Positions 37,940 through 47,076 of a DNA stretch of 64,000 bases are shown piece after piece (position 1 is the first letter of the stretch; the number at the start of each line of letters is the position of its first letter). Made by a program: the position numbers and the translations under genes. This DNA is from a virus (taxonomy: Duplodnaviria > Caudoviricetes), in the IMG/VR virus record IMGVR_UViG_3300028197_000002, one strand, 5' to 3'. The notes under the pieces are model-generated. The model made no database searches, was not told the origin of the DNA, and saw only the letters and a list, made by a program, of their open reading frames with translations.

Positions 37940-38725
37940 ATGGGATTTGAAGTAACATATCATTATAAAGAAGCTTTAGAAACAGTAGGAGAGTATGATG
38001 AAGTCGTACTTACCAAGACTGCTAAAATAGGAAAATATAAAGAAGACGTTCCTTTAGAGGTTCTAGCGGGGAAAATAATTGCACAGTTGGCAAGAAGAAA
38101 CATTTTGATTGTAGATATAGATATTGTTGAGTTTGCTCCCAAGAAGATCAGCTACAAAGAAACATCAACTGGGATTTTAATTAGAAATAAAAAGTTTAGT
38201 TTTGATTCTGGGGCTGTAATTTCTGAATCTGGAGATTCTGATTACGACGATGAAGATTTATCTGCTATTTTAGAAAATGAAAAACTTTTAGAAAAAATAA
38301 AAAGTGCAATAGGCCCACAAGAGCCAGTTCAAAAATTAAACTTGGCTCCAAGAAACTCCAAGTCTTCTTCCTCAAAGTCTTCCCCACCGCCATCTTCTAG
38401 TGGCAAAAGATCTTTGAGAATGGAGATTTATGATCCTGAAATCACAAATGATGAGAAGAACAAGCAAAAAGGCTTAAAGTTTTCAATGGGTAAGAAATAT
38501 CCAATTTACGAAGAAAAGTCACTGGGAGTTGGTGGAATAATGAATTATGTAACAAAAGATGATTCTGGAAAAGAGGTCGAAGTAGGCTCAGACTCTTTTG
38601 TTGTTCCAACTAAAGGTCTTGCATTTAATGATGACGGTCCAAGATATTTTGGCGAAGCTGATTCTGAGCCAAATATTTGGGGAAATATACAAACACAAGA
38701 CAACATACCTGATGTAAGAGGATAA
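37940..38725 (+). CDS. Hypothetical protein
   Basis: 261-aa ORF with a Ser/Pro linker. Confidence 0.6.
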   Translation: MGFEVTYHYKEALETVGEYDEVVLTKTAKIGKYKEDVPLEVLAGKIIAQLARRNILIVDIDIVEFAPKKISYKETSTGILIRNKKFSFDSGAVISESGDSDYDDEDLSAILENEKLLEKIKSAIGPQEPVQKLNLAPRNSKSSSSKSSPPPSSSGKRSLRMEIYDPEITNDEKNKQKGLKFSMGKKYPIYEEKSLGVGGIMNYVTKDDSGKEVEVGSDSFVVPTKGLAFNDDGPRYFGEADSEPNIWGNIQTQDNIPDVRG

Positions 38726-38726
38726 A

Positions 38727-39236
38727 ATGGCAAATAATAAAAAAAAAGAAAAAAAGAAATTAGCTAGAGTTAAAATTGCCAAAGCAAGAGTTTTGTCGAG
38801 AAGAAAGAAAATTAAAGAAGCTAATTCTTTAGAAAAAAAACAAGCTAAGTACGCTCATAAATTTAGAGAAAAGTTACAACCAGTTATAAACGACCCGGAA
38901 AAGAAAAAAGCAATGGAAGAAAGTAAAGAAAAAGCTCTTAGAGAAAAATTAGAGCAAAATGCAGAAATGCTTAAATATTTAGAAGAGCAGTACGAAACTG
39001 AAATGAAAAATAAAGCTGATGTAAATAAAGAACTTGAATCGCAAGGCCACATCACTTTTCAGGAAAAATTAGCCGCTTTAGAAAAACAAGTTATTGACAA
39101 AATGGAATCTGATGCCAAAGAATCTGGGAACATAGAGGACATAGTGGATGCTGCTAAAAAGGTCCAATTATTGAACGATTCAGAAGCCGTTGATTCTGTT
39201 GAGTCAATCACCTTGGAAGAGCCAGAAGAGGGCTGA
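38727..39236 (+). CDS. Hypothetical coiled-coil protein with a basic N-terminus and acidic C-terminus
   Basis: Amino-acid composition. Confidence 0.55.
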   Translation: MANNKKKEKKKLARVKIAKARVLSRRKKIKEANSLEKKQAKYAHKFREKLQPVINDPEKKKAMEESKEKALREKLEQNAEMLKYLEEQYETEMKNKADVNKELESQGHITFQEKLAALEKQVIDKMESDAKESGNIEDIVDAAKKVQLLNDSEAVDSVESITLEEPEEG

Positions 39237-39305
39237 GAATATAATTAAAATACTTTAAAAAAGGCATTTTAATTGATCCAAATTTTAGTTTTTTTGTTTA
39301 AACTG

Positions 39306-39334
39306 TTGATCCAGAAGACTATATACATTATAAC
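39306..39334 (+). promoter_or_regulatory. Sigma70-type promoter upstream of ssb
   Basis: TTGATC-N17-TATAAC, followed by the hairpin GAACGTA-aatga-TACGTTC (39342-39360). Confidence 0.55.
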
Positions 39335-39387
39335 TTTCTTAGAACGTAAATGATACGTTCGCAACTTTAATAAACGGAGAAATAACT

Positions 39388-40374
39388 ATGTTAGACATCA
39401 ATTCTTTAACGTCCGATTACAAAACTACTAAAACAAATGAAAACGCCTCTTCAGGCGGAAACTTCCTTCAAAATTTTGTAAAAATGCCAGAAGGAAAGGG
39501 CAGCGTTGTCATGAGGATTCTTCCTCCCGCTCCCAAAGGAATGTTTGATAGAGATGAAAATCCTTTTTATCAGGCAACCAGAATTCATAAAGTGAATGGC
39601 AAATCTCTTCATGATCCAAGAGTCAAAGTCAACGGAAGATGGGTTGGCGAAAATCCAATTGGGGATTATTTGAAATGGCTTTGGAAAGAATCAGAACAAC
39701 AATCTTCGATGGAAGAACGCGATAAGATGCAGAGAACTTATCGTCAATTAAAGCCAATCGAAAGATATTATTTTAATGTAATCGTCAGAGCAGAAACTGA
39801 TGAAAGCGGAAATGTCAATAAAAATGTTGGACCTAAAATTCTTTCTGTGGGCAAGACTGTTTTTGAAGCAGTTTTAAGAGGAATTGTTGGTGACGAAGAG
39901 ATGAATCAAAAGGGTTTTGGAGATGTCACAGATTTTAAAACTGGCAGGGATTTTAAACTTGTCAAAACTATTAGAAAATCTGGAGAAATGACCTATCCTA
40001 ATTATGAATCATCACACTTCTTAGATGAATCACCTGCTGGCGACCCAGATGAATCTAAAGGATGGATAGAAAATCTTCATGATTTATCTTCTTTAAGAAC
40101 TCTTAAAACTTCTGATGAACTTGAGACTGAGCTTATGATTCATTTAGGTCTTAAGCAAGATAGTTCTTCTGGCTTTGATCCTACCAAGTTTCAGGCTAAA
40201 ACTACAACTCAAACAGCTACAGTAACAACTGAAGAAGAATCTGCTCCTCCTGTTGCTCCTGTTGTTGCCGCTGCTTCTTCCGATGCTCCTGCCTCTGCTG
40301 AAAGTAGTAGCGACTCATCGGATGACGACATGGCTGATAAAGATTTTCTAGAAGAACTTAGAAAATTATCTTAG
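39388..40374 (+). CDS. Single-stranded DNA-binding protein (gp32-like)
   Basis: MRILP, NPIGDY, RYYFNV, KILSVGKTVF, GRDFKL and YPNYE.S.F motifs; acidic tail SSDDDMADKDFLEELRKLS. Confidence 0.85.
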   Translation: MLDINSLTSDYKTTKTNENASSGGNFLQNFVKMPEGKGSVVMRILPPAPKGMFDRDENPFYQATRIHKVNGKSLHDPRVKVNGRWVGENPIGDYLKWLWKESEQQSSMEERDKMQRTYRQLKPIERYYFNVIVRAETDESGNVNKNVGPKILSVGKTVFEAVLRGIVGDEEMNQKGFGDVTDFKTGRDFKLVKTIRKSGEMTYPNYESSHFLDESPAGDPDESKGWIENLHDLSSLRTLKTSDELETELMIHLGLKQDSSSGFDPTKFQAKTTTQTATVTTEEESAPPVAPVVAAASSDAPASAESSSDSSDDDMADKDFLEELRKLS

Positions 40375-40393
40375 TATTTAGTAGAATTATTCC

Positions 40394-40494
40394 CTCTCGG
40401 TAGCCCTTTGAAATTTTTTGTTTGTTCAAAGACTGTGCAAGCTTTTTGATTAGATTCGTGGAAATCCGTCGAATTGCTAAGGGCTACCAGAGAG
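40394..40494 (+). ncRNA. Candidate structured RNA element between ssb and recA
   Basis: CTCTC-GGTAGCCCTT (40394-40408) pairs with AAGGGCTACC-a-GAGAG (40479-40494). This stem encloses two smaller hairpins and ends about 12 nt before the recA GGAGG. Confidence 0.45.
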
Positions 40495-40516
40495 ATTTTT
40501 ATAACTTGGAGGAAAA

Positions 40517-41725
40517 ATGGCAAAGAAAAAAATAAAATTAAAAAGCAAAGATAACGAAACTAATATTTTAAAAGATATTTTAAGCGAAACAGGTGGAGAC
40601 ACTTTAAGAGAGGCGGGCACAGTTCCATATTTTGTTGATACTGGAAATCTTGCTGTAAATTTTGGTTGTAGTGGAAGATTTATAGGTGGCGGCTTTCCGG
40701 GAGGAAGAGTAATTGAAGCTTTTGGCCCTGAAGCTTCCGGCAAGTCTTTCTTAGGATATTGCTTTATGCACTCTGTGCAAGTAATGGATGGAATTGCAAT
40801 ATTATTAGATTGTGAAAGATCAAGCGGATCTGAATTTGCTGAAAGATGTGGCCACGTAGATCCGGATACTCTTATTGTTTATGATCCTGTTACGTTAGAG
40901 CAAGTAGAAAAAAAAATTACTCTTGCTGTAAAAGCAATTAGATCTAAGTTCCCTGATAAGCCTATTGGGATTGTGTGGGATTCTATTGGAGTTAATCCAT
41001 GCGAAAGAGAATGGGCTGCAATAGACCTTCCTGAAAATGCTACCGATGCTCAGATAAAGGCAGCAGGAGGTAACGAGCGTCCCGGCGAAAGGGCAAAGAC
41101 TGCGAACAGGATATTAAGAAGTTTAAATCCTTTCCTTAATGACAATAACGCTACTCTTTATGTGATTAATCAGGTCAGAAAAAAGATAGGTGTTATGTTT
41201 GGAAATGATGAAACAACATCTGGTGGTGGTGAAGCTTTGAAGTTTTATGCTTCATTGAGAGTTAGATGTGGTGCTCCTAAGTCTTTTCAAGATAAGGATA
41301 CAAAGTTGCCAATAGGTGTTAACATGAGTGTCACAAATAAAAAGAACAGACACTTTACTCCCGGAGTTAAAATTGAAAACATTCCTCTGTTCTTCAACAC
41401 AGGTATTAATCCTCTGGGTGGCTTGTTGGATGCTTTGCTTCTTTCCAAAAGAATCGAAGCAGAAGGAGCGCGTGGGAAGTATAAAATTCTTCCTGAATAT
41501 GCTGGTGGTGACGAAGAGGCTTATTTCACTCAATCTAAAACTGCTCCAACGGAGGCAGAGGTTCTTTATAAGCATCCCAATTTAGTAGACGCAGAGAGCG
41601 AACAACAGGTTCGAGATTATCTCAAGGAATGGTCAGGTGCTATTGAGTTAACAACTTCGGAAAAAATTGAAGAAATTGATGCTACTAATCCTGACGTTTC
41701 TCATTTAGTAAGTGATATGGCTTAG
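40517..41725 (+). CDS. recA: RecA/UvsX recombinase
   Basis: DTG, GGFPGGRVIEAFGPEASGKS, VWDSI, INQVR.KIG and GGEALKFYAS motifs. Confidence 0.93.
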   Translation: MAKKKIKLKSKDNETNILKDILSETGGDTLREAGTVPYFVDTGNLAVNFGCSGRFIGGGFPGGRVIEAFGPEASGKSFLGYCFMHSVQVMDGIAILLDCERSSGSEFAERCGHVDPDTLIVYDPVTLEQVEKKITLAVKAIRSKFPDKPIGIVWDSIGVNPCEREWAAIDLPENATDAQIKAAGGNERPGERAKTANRILRSLNPFLNDNNATLYVINQVRKKIGVMFGNDETTSGGGEALKFYASLRVRCGAPKSFQDKDTKLPIGVNMSVTNKKNRHFTPGVKIENIPLFFNTGINPLGGLLDALLLSKRIEAEGARGKYKILPEYAGGDEEAYFTQSKTAPTEAEVLYKHPNLVDAESEQQVRDYLKEWSGAIELTTSEKIEEIDATNPDVSHLVSDMA

Positions 41726-41728
41726 AAA

Positions 41729-41887
41729 ATGGCTAATGCGCATGTTGCTTGTCGCGATGCTTTGAAGGGTCAGGCGGATCACAACCTAAATATTTACTTG
41801 CGTTCAATCACATGCAACCCGTTTCTGTTGAGGCAAAAACTTGGGCGGGTCGCTGGGATTGGAAGTGCTTGGAGACATGATTTATGA
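41729..41887 (+). CDS. Small ORF missed by the track (52 aa, MANAHVACRDALKG...)
   Basis: ATG 3 nt after the recA stop and ATGA overlap with the next gene. GC content is atypically high. Confidence 0.35.
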   Translation: MANAHVACRDALKGQADHNLNIYLRSITCNPFLLRQKLGRVAGIGSAWRHDL

Positions 41888-42105
41888 AATGTTTACTTGT
41901 AAAAACAAAAGATAAAAAGTTTTTAACTTACCAAAAAAATTATAAACATCTTTTGGAATATGCTAAAAATTTTAAAGCTAAAATGTATGTGGCGAAAACA
42001 AAGTCTAAAGATCAGATATTAGAATTAAATAGTTTGGTAGTTGCTTTGTGTGATAAAAATTATAAAAGTGAAGATCTAGAATATGAAATAATTGAAGAAA
42101 AATGA
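41884..42105 (+). CDS. Hypothetical protein
   Basis: 73-aa ORF coupled to the next gene. Confidence 0.55.
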   Translation: MKCLLVKTKDKKFLTYQKNYKHLLEYAKNFKAKMYVAKTKSKDQILELNSLVVALCDKNYKSEDLEYEIIEEK

Positions 42106-42710
42106 TAAATGTAAGTCATAAATTTATTTACGTTGGAGTTCCTAAGACTGGAACAACGTCAATAGAAACTTTCATTAAAAAAAAATATAAAATTCTTCCA
42201 AGCTGCCAAAGCAAACATTGGCCAATTTCTCTACACGACGCAGAATATTTAGATTATTTCAAATTTGCTTTTGTTAGAAATCCTTGGGATTGGGTAGTGT
42301 CTTGGTTTTCTTATAGGAAAGAGCCTAGCTCTACTTTTACAACACCAAGTTCAGCAATAAAATCTGAATTTAAAAGATGGATTTTTAAAACCTTCGAAGA
42401 AAATGAAAAGCTTAAAAAAGAAAATTATTCTTTAAATAAAAGTCTCTGCTACAGGCCTCTGTATTTGTCTCAAAGTGAATACATCTCCATTGACGGCGAA
42501 TTGAAAATGGATTTTATAGGTAGGTTTGAAAATTTACAAAAAGATTTTGATTCAATTTGCAAAAAAATAAAAATTCCAAAGCACATCTTAGACGCCCGAA
42601 ACAAAAGTTGGCACGACCATTACTCATTATATTATGATGTTGAATCTTTTTCTTTTGTAAAAGAAAAATATAAAGATGATATAATAAATTTTAATTATAA
42701 ATTTAAATGA
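42102..42710 (+). CDS. Sulfotransferase family 2 protein
   Basis: VPKTGTTSI (5'-PSB), FAFVRNPWDWVVSWF (3'-PB), SQSEY and DFIGRFENL..DF motifs. Confidence 0.88.
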   Translation: MINVSHKFIYVGVPKTGTTSIETFIKKKYKILPSCQSKHWPISLHDAEYLDYFKFAFVRNPWDWVVSWFSYRKEPSSTFTTPSSAIKSEFKRWIFKTFEENEKLKKENYSLNKSLCYRPLYLSQSEYISIDGELKMDFIGRFENLQKDFDSICKKIKIPKHILDARNKSWHDHYSLYYDVESFSFVKEKYKDDIINFNYKFK

Positions 42711-42737
42711 AAGATATAATGAAAAAGATTTTTTAAA

Positions 42738-43601
42738 ATGAGAAAATTTGGAATAGAAATTGAGTTAAACTCTTTTGATAATAGAAATTTTTCAAAAAAT
42801 CCTTTAAATATAGGCGAATACCCAAAAGGATTTTTTGAGGTCGTTGATTCGATCTCTTCTCTGGGATTTAAAGTAGAGCCTAAGTCTTGGCACCACACTC
42901 ATAATAATCGCAATTGGATTGTTAAAACAGATTCTTCGTGTGGGATAGAGATATGCTCCCCAGTTTTGGAAGAGACTGATTCTGTGATTGTTCTTCTTGA
43001 TCATTTGAAAGAGAAAAAGTTTCAAGCAGATCATTCTTGTTCTTTTCATATTCACTTTGATTTTTTTGATAGTTTAAATGATCAAATTGCTTCGGTTTTA
43101 TCTTGGTGGATTAAAGTAGAGCATTTGGTTTTTGATTGCTTGAGTGACAATAGGAAGTTGAACTCTTATTGCAAGTCTATAGGTCTTTGTAATATTTTTG
43201 AGCATGATCAAATTCCTTCTGAGGAAGTGATATTTTCTTTAGGCAAAAGTAAACACTACAGCGTCAATACTTTTCATTTGGTTAGAAATAACAGAAGAAC
43301 TTTAGAGTTTAGATTATTTAATTCAAAAGAATTTATTGATAATTCTTTTGAATTAAATAATTGGATGTTTTTTTTAAATGAATTTATCAACGCTTCTTCT
43401 TCGAAGGGTACGCCGTCAGATTTTTGTTGGGTTGACCTTGAAGAATTACTAGCGTTAATAAATTTAAAAAATGAAAAATTATTTTGGCTTTTGTCTAAAA
43501 TAAATAATAAAATAGATAAAAAATCTTTATTTAGATCTAAATCTTTTGATGATTTAAAAAAAATATTTGTTGAAAAATCAAATCTTATGAAGGATAAATA
43601 A
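42738..43601 (+). CDS. Putative amidoligase (COOH-NH2 ligase, Amidoligase_2-like)
   Basis: FGIEIE, W.VKTDSS, EICSPVL, SCSFHIH, KHYSVN and TLEFRLF motifs. Confidence 0.8.
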   Translation: MRKFGIEIELNSFDNRNFSKNPLNIGEYPKGFFEVVDSISSLGFKVEPKSWHHTHNNRNWIVKTDSSCGIEICSPVLEETDSVIVLLDHLKEKKFQADHSCSFHIHFDFFDSLNDQIASVLSWWIKVEHLVFDCLSDNRKLNSYCKSIGLCNIFEHDQIPSEEVIFSLGKSKHYSVNTFHLVRNNRRTLEFRLFNSKEFIDNSFELNNWMFFLNEFINASSSKGTPSDFCWVDLEELLALINLKNEKLFWLLSKINNKIDKKSLFRSKSFDDLKKIFVEKSNLMKDK

Positions 43602-43631
43602 TTTCAAAGAACGCGTAGAGGAAGGTGATCT

Positions 43632-44081
43632 ATGAGTTTTAATGAAAAATTTGAAATATTAAGAAATCTAGGAAATAAACTTGTAGATTACAACTATCCG
43701 TTGTCCCCTATCTATTTTGAAAACGACATTAGTTGTTTGAAAACTATGGAAATAGAAATAGATGGATACGATACAGTCGTTTACTTTAACAAGTCTCTAT
43801 ATGATGACGGCTGTCACTTGGAAACTTTCCAAATTTATAATAAAAATGCACCCTTTTTGCCTTTTCATCTAATTGCAAAATTAGCTCAAAAAGCATTAGG
43901 CAGTCATTTTCTATTTTTAATAGAGTTTTATCAAGATGATCACAAAGTGTATTGTTGGACAGTATCTGTCGATGATAGAGGACGTCCTATGCCTTCTCCA
44001 TTACAAACCAAAACAAAAACCAAAGTTTTTGAAGGTTTTCAATACGGCTATCTCCAGCCAGAACAAGTAAAATTATATTAA
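43632..44081 (+). CDS. Hypothetical protein
   Basis: 149-aa ORF. Confidence 0.6.
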   Translation: MSFNEKFEILRNLGNKLVDYNYPLSPIYFENDISCLKTMEIEIDGYDTVVYFNKSLYDDGCHLETFQIYNKNAPFLPFHLIAKLAQKALGSHFLFLIEFYQDDHKVYCWTVSVDDRGRPMPSPLQTKTKTKVFEGFQYGYLQPEQVKLY

Positions 44082-44097
44082 TTTATGGAGTATTTAA

Positions 44098-44397
44098 ATG
44101 AATAAATCAAAAAAGATACAGCAGTTGTTCGTTACGCAGCTCATAAAAGAAGGTCATGTGCAAATAACATTACCAAACGAAATGACATTGGAAGTTGGAA
44201 TTACTCAAGAAGATGGAAATGGTGATCTTAAAAAAGAGCCAAATTACTGTTGGGTTTTAGCTTCTCAAAATGGCAGAACAATTGCTATAGATGAATATAA
44301 TTTAGGTATTAAATATACAGATGCAGATAAGAACAAGTTTGTTATAGAAACTACGTCTGGGAACGAAGAAGACGTAAAATTCCTAGAAGTTATATAA
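44098..44397 (+). CDS. Hypothetical protein
   Basis: 99-aa ORF with GGAG upstream. Confidence 0.6.
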   Translation: MNKSKKIQQLFVTQLIKEGHVQITLPNEMTLEVGITQEDGNGDLKKEPNYCWVLASQNGRTIAIDEYNLGIKYTDADKNKFVIETTSGNEEDVKFLEVI

Positions 44398-44689
44398 TTC
44401 TTAGAAATTTTAGTTCTTCCTTTTCTAATTTAACTTCAGCTGAAAGATTGACTTTATTATTAGAAGTTATTACAATGAAATCTATCCAAAGAATAATTCC
44501 GTCATTTGAAAATACGGCATTAGAAACTTTTATTGTTTGGATGTTAAAAGATTGCAAGTTAAGATTTTTTTCTACAATCTCTTTTAAAAATTTAATTGTC
44601 TTTCTAATATCAATGTAATAAGTCCAATCTTTAATCAACAATTGTTCAAGAGAATTGGAATCAAAAATTTTTTCTTTTTTAGAGGTCAT
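44390..44689 (-). CDS. Hypothetical protein
   Basis: 99-aa ORF filling the gap between plus-strand genes. Confidence 0.5.
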   Translation of the reverse strand: MTSKKEKIFDSNSLEQLLIKDWTYYIDIRKTIKFLKEIVEKNLNLQSFNIQTIKVSNAVFSNDGIILWIDFIVITSNNKVNLSAEVKLEKEELKFLRII

Positions 44690-44697
44690 ATAAAGCT

Positions 44698-44964
44698 ATG
44701 AAAAAGGACAGTGTTATAGTAAGAGAGTATTGCTCTCGCGTTTCAGATGACGAATTGTGTTCGTTAGTAGATAAGTTAACAAGACCCGTAAGCGGGGATA
44801 CGTGTGATGTTTCTTTTATTTTTGAAAAGGATAAAGAAATAGACAGGTGGCTTTGTCAGGCAAAGAGTTCAGACGATTGGTTCAACAGAGTGGATATGAT
44901 TCAAGATGCTTCTCTCTATGAGCATAAGAGAAGAGGTCAGCGAAGGTCTAAATCTAACAATTAG
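44698..44964 (+). CDS. Hypothetical protein
   Basis: 88-aa ORF. Confidence 0.55.
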   Translation: MKKDSVIVREYCSRVSDDELCSLVDKLTRPVSGDTCDVSFIFEKDKEIDRWLCQAKSSDDWFNRVDMIQDASLYEHKRRGQRRSKSNN

Positions 44965-44986
44965 CAGTTGTTTTTTGTCTGTAATT

Positions 44987-45038
44987 ATAATATAAAGGGG
45001 GAGTGGATAGTTCCGTCTCCTTTTATATTATTTTTTTT
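44987..45038 (+). terminator. Rho-independent terminator
   Basis: ATAATATAAAGGGGGAG...CTCCTTTTATATTAT stem followed by a T8 run. Confidence 0.6.
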
Positions 45039-45054
45039 ATTTAAAGGTTAAATT

Positions 45055-47076
45055 GTGACTGTAGAAGTTTTAGAAGATCAGTTTAATTTGGTAGAAACCA
45101 ATAACTACCCGGACTATTCCAAATTTCCTTTTGAAAAATTTAATCCTGTTCAAAGTAGAATATTCGAAATATTTAAAGAGGATTGCAATTTAGTAGTAGC
45201 GGCTAAAACTTCTGCTGGAAAAACCATCTGTTCTGAGATGGTCATGGCTCATGAAATAAGAGAGAAAAGTGGCAAGGCTATGTACTTGGCTCCTTTAAAA
45301 GCTTTGGCTAAAGAAAAAATTGATGATTGGACGAGTGAAAGTCATCATTTTGCTGATTTAAATCTTTCTATATGTACCGGCGACTACAGACTAACAGACA
45401 AACGAAAGAAAGAGTTAGAAGATGCAAATATTATTATTATGACATCGGAAATGCTCAATTCTCGATGCAGAAACAACAAGTCTGAATCTAATGAGTGGTT
45501 GAAAAACATAGGAACCATCGTTTTAGACGAAGCGCATCTTTTAACTGTTGGAGGAAGAGGAGATCATCTAGAAGTTGGGCTAATGAAGCTCACAGAGATC
45601 AATCCAAATTGCAGAATCGTCGCCTTGTCTGCGACTATGCCTAATGTTGACGAAATATCTGAATGGCTTAATCGTTTGAATTCTAAGAAAACCTTTTTAA
45701 TTGATTCAAAATATAGGCCTTGTCCTTTAAATATTCATTACCATTCTTATGAAGAGCAAAAGACATATGATTTGAATGAAGAGTCTAAGATAGATTCTTC
45801 TATAGATATATTGAGAGAATATAAAGATGATAAATTTTTAGTTTTTGTTCATACTAAAAAATTAGGATATAAATTAAAAAAAGATTTAGAACAATTTGGC
45901 ATGAATGTTGAATTTCACAATGCTGATTTGAACAAGGACAAAAGGCAAGAAGTTGAGAGTAGATTTAAAAACGGAGATTTAAGAGTAATTATTGCCACAA
46001 GCACTTTGGCTTGGGGTTTAAATTTGCCTGCTAGACGAGTCATCATTGCAGGAGTTCATAGAGGCATGTCAGAAGTTGACACTTACGATGTTGCACAAAT
46101 GGCAGGAAGAGCAGGAAGAGTTGGTTTTGATCCTCAAGGAGATGTTTATATTTTAGTTCCCGGATCCGAACCAGATAAGTACGTTGATAAATTTTCTACT
46201 CCACAAAATATTGAATCTCAACTTTTGAAATACATAGGACAAGAAGAAAATCCAAGATATAAAACTTTGGCTTTTCATCTTGTTAGTGAAATTCATCATG
46301 GAAACATAAAGACAATTGATGACATTCATGAGTGGTATGAAAGATCTTTGGCTTATTTCCAATCTATGGATTTAGAAGATACTATTGCCGACAATACAAT
46401 TGAACTTCTTTTGCAAGTTGGAGCAATAAAGCAAACTGATGGAGTGTTTGAAGCTACTTCTATTGGAAAAGTTTCCAGTATGTTTTATTACAGTCCTTTT
46501 GATGTAGCGGATTTAAGAAGAAATTTTAGATTTTTGTTTGCAAATAGATTAGAGTCTAACGATGTTGCTTTGTCTGTTGCTCTTGGAAATATAGATTCTA
46601 TACGGATGGGATTTGTTAGCAGAACAGAAGCAGAAGAAATGGAAGATTACCATTACATGGTAAGACAAAATTTAGGTAATGGCATAATGGATTCTGCTGT
46701 TAAGGGAGGATATATTTACTATTGCTTGCTTAATGGTCTTGATCTTGGGCCTTTTTCTTCTTTAGGAAGATTGATGCAATTTGACTTCGAAAGAACAGCT
46801 ACTGTATTGAACAATCTTGATTCTATGGCTGCTAAATGGAACAAGAGAAAGTTCTTTAATGAAGTTTCTCTTAGAGTTTCTTACGGAGTTAAAAAAGAGC
46901 TTATTGGTTTTTGTAAATTGCCTGATGTGGGCAAAGTCAGAGCGCAAAGACTGTATGCTGCTGGATTTAGAAGCTCAAAGGATTTAGTAGGTAAATTTGA
47001 TGATGTTAAAAAAGCTTTGAATATGAAAGATGAAAAAATATCCCAAATAATACAGAGTGCAGAAAAATTATCTTAA
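45055..47076 (+). CDS. Ski2/Hel308-like SF2 helicase with a C-terminal HhH
   Basis: NPVQ, TSAGKT, APLKAL, DEAH, SATMPN, ATSTLAWGLNLPA, QMAGRAGR and LPDVGKVRA motifs. GTG start. Confidence 0.92.
   Translation: MTVEVLEDQFNLVETNNYPDYSKFPFEKFNPVQSRIFEIFKEDCNLVVAAKTSAGKTICSEMVMAHEIREKSGKAMYLAPLKALAKEKIDDWTSESHHFADLNLSICTGDYRLTDKRKKELEDANIIIMTSEMLNSRCRNNKSESNEWLKNIGTIVLDEAHLLTVGGRGDHLEVGLMKLTEINPNCRIVALSATMPNVDEISEWLNRLNSKKTFLIDSKYRPCPLNIHYHSYEEQKTYDLNEESKIDSSIDILREYKDDKFLVFVHTKKLGYKLKKDLEQFGMNVEFHNADLNKDKRQEVESRFKNGDLRVIIATSTLAWGLNLPARRVIIAGVHRGMSEVDTYDVAQMAGRAGRVGFDPQGDVYILVPGSEPDKYVDKFSTPQNIESQLLKYIGQEENPRYKTLAFHLVSEIHHGNIKTIDDIHEWYERSLAYFQSMDLEDTIADNTIELLLQVGAIKQTDGVFEATSIGKVSSMFYYSPFDVADLRRNFRFLFANRLESNDVALSVALGNIDSIRMGFVSRTEAEEMEDYHYMVRQNLGNGIMDSAVKGGYIYYCLLNGLDLGPFSSLGRLMQFDFERTATVLNNLDSMAAKWNKRKFFNEVSLRVSYGVKKELIGFCKLPDVGKVRAQRLYAAGFRSSKDLVGKFDDVKKALNMKDEKISQIIQSAEKLS

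Noticed and set aside
39342-39360. LexA/SOS box upstream of ssb-recA
   Set aside because: The spacing is GAAC-N11-GTTC, not the N4 Firmicute box or the CTGT-N8-ACAG box. It is kept only as an unexplained palindrome.
6410-47076. Inteins or introns in nrdA, recA, dnaB and the helicases
   Set aside because: Protein lengths and motif spacing are normal, with no C/S...HN-C/S/T splice junctions or LAGLIDADG blocks.
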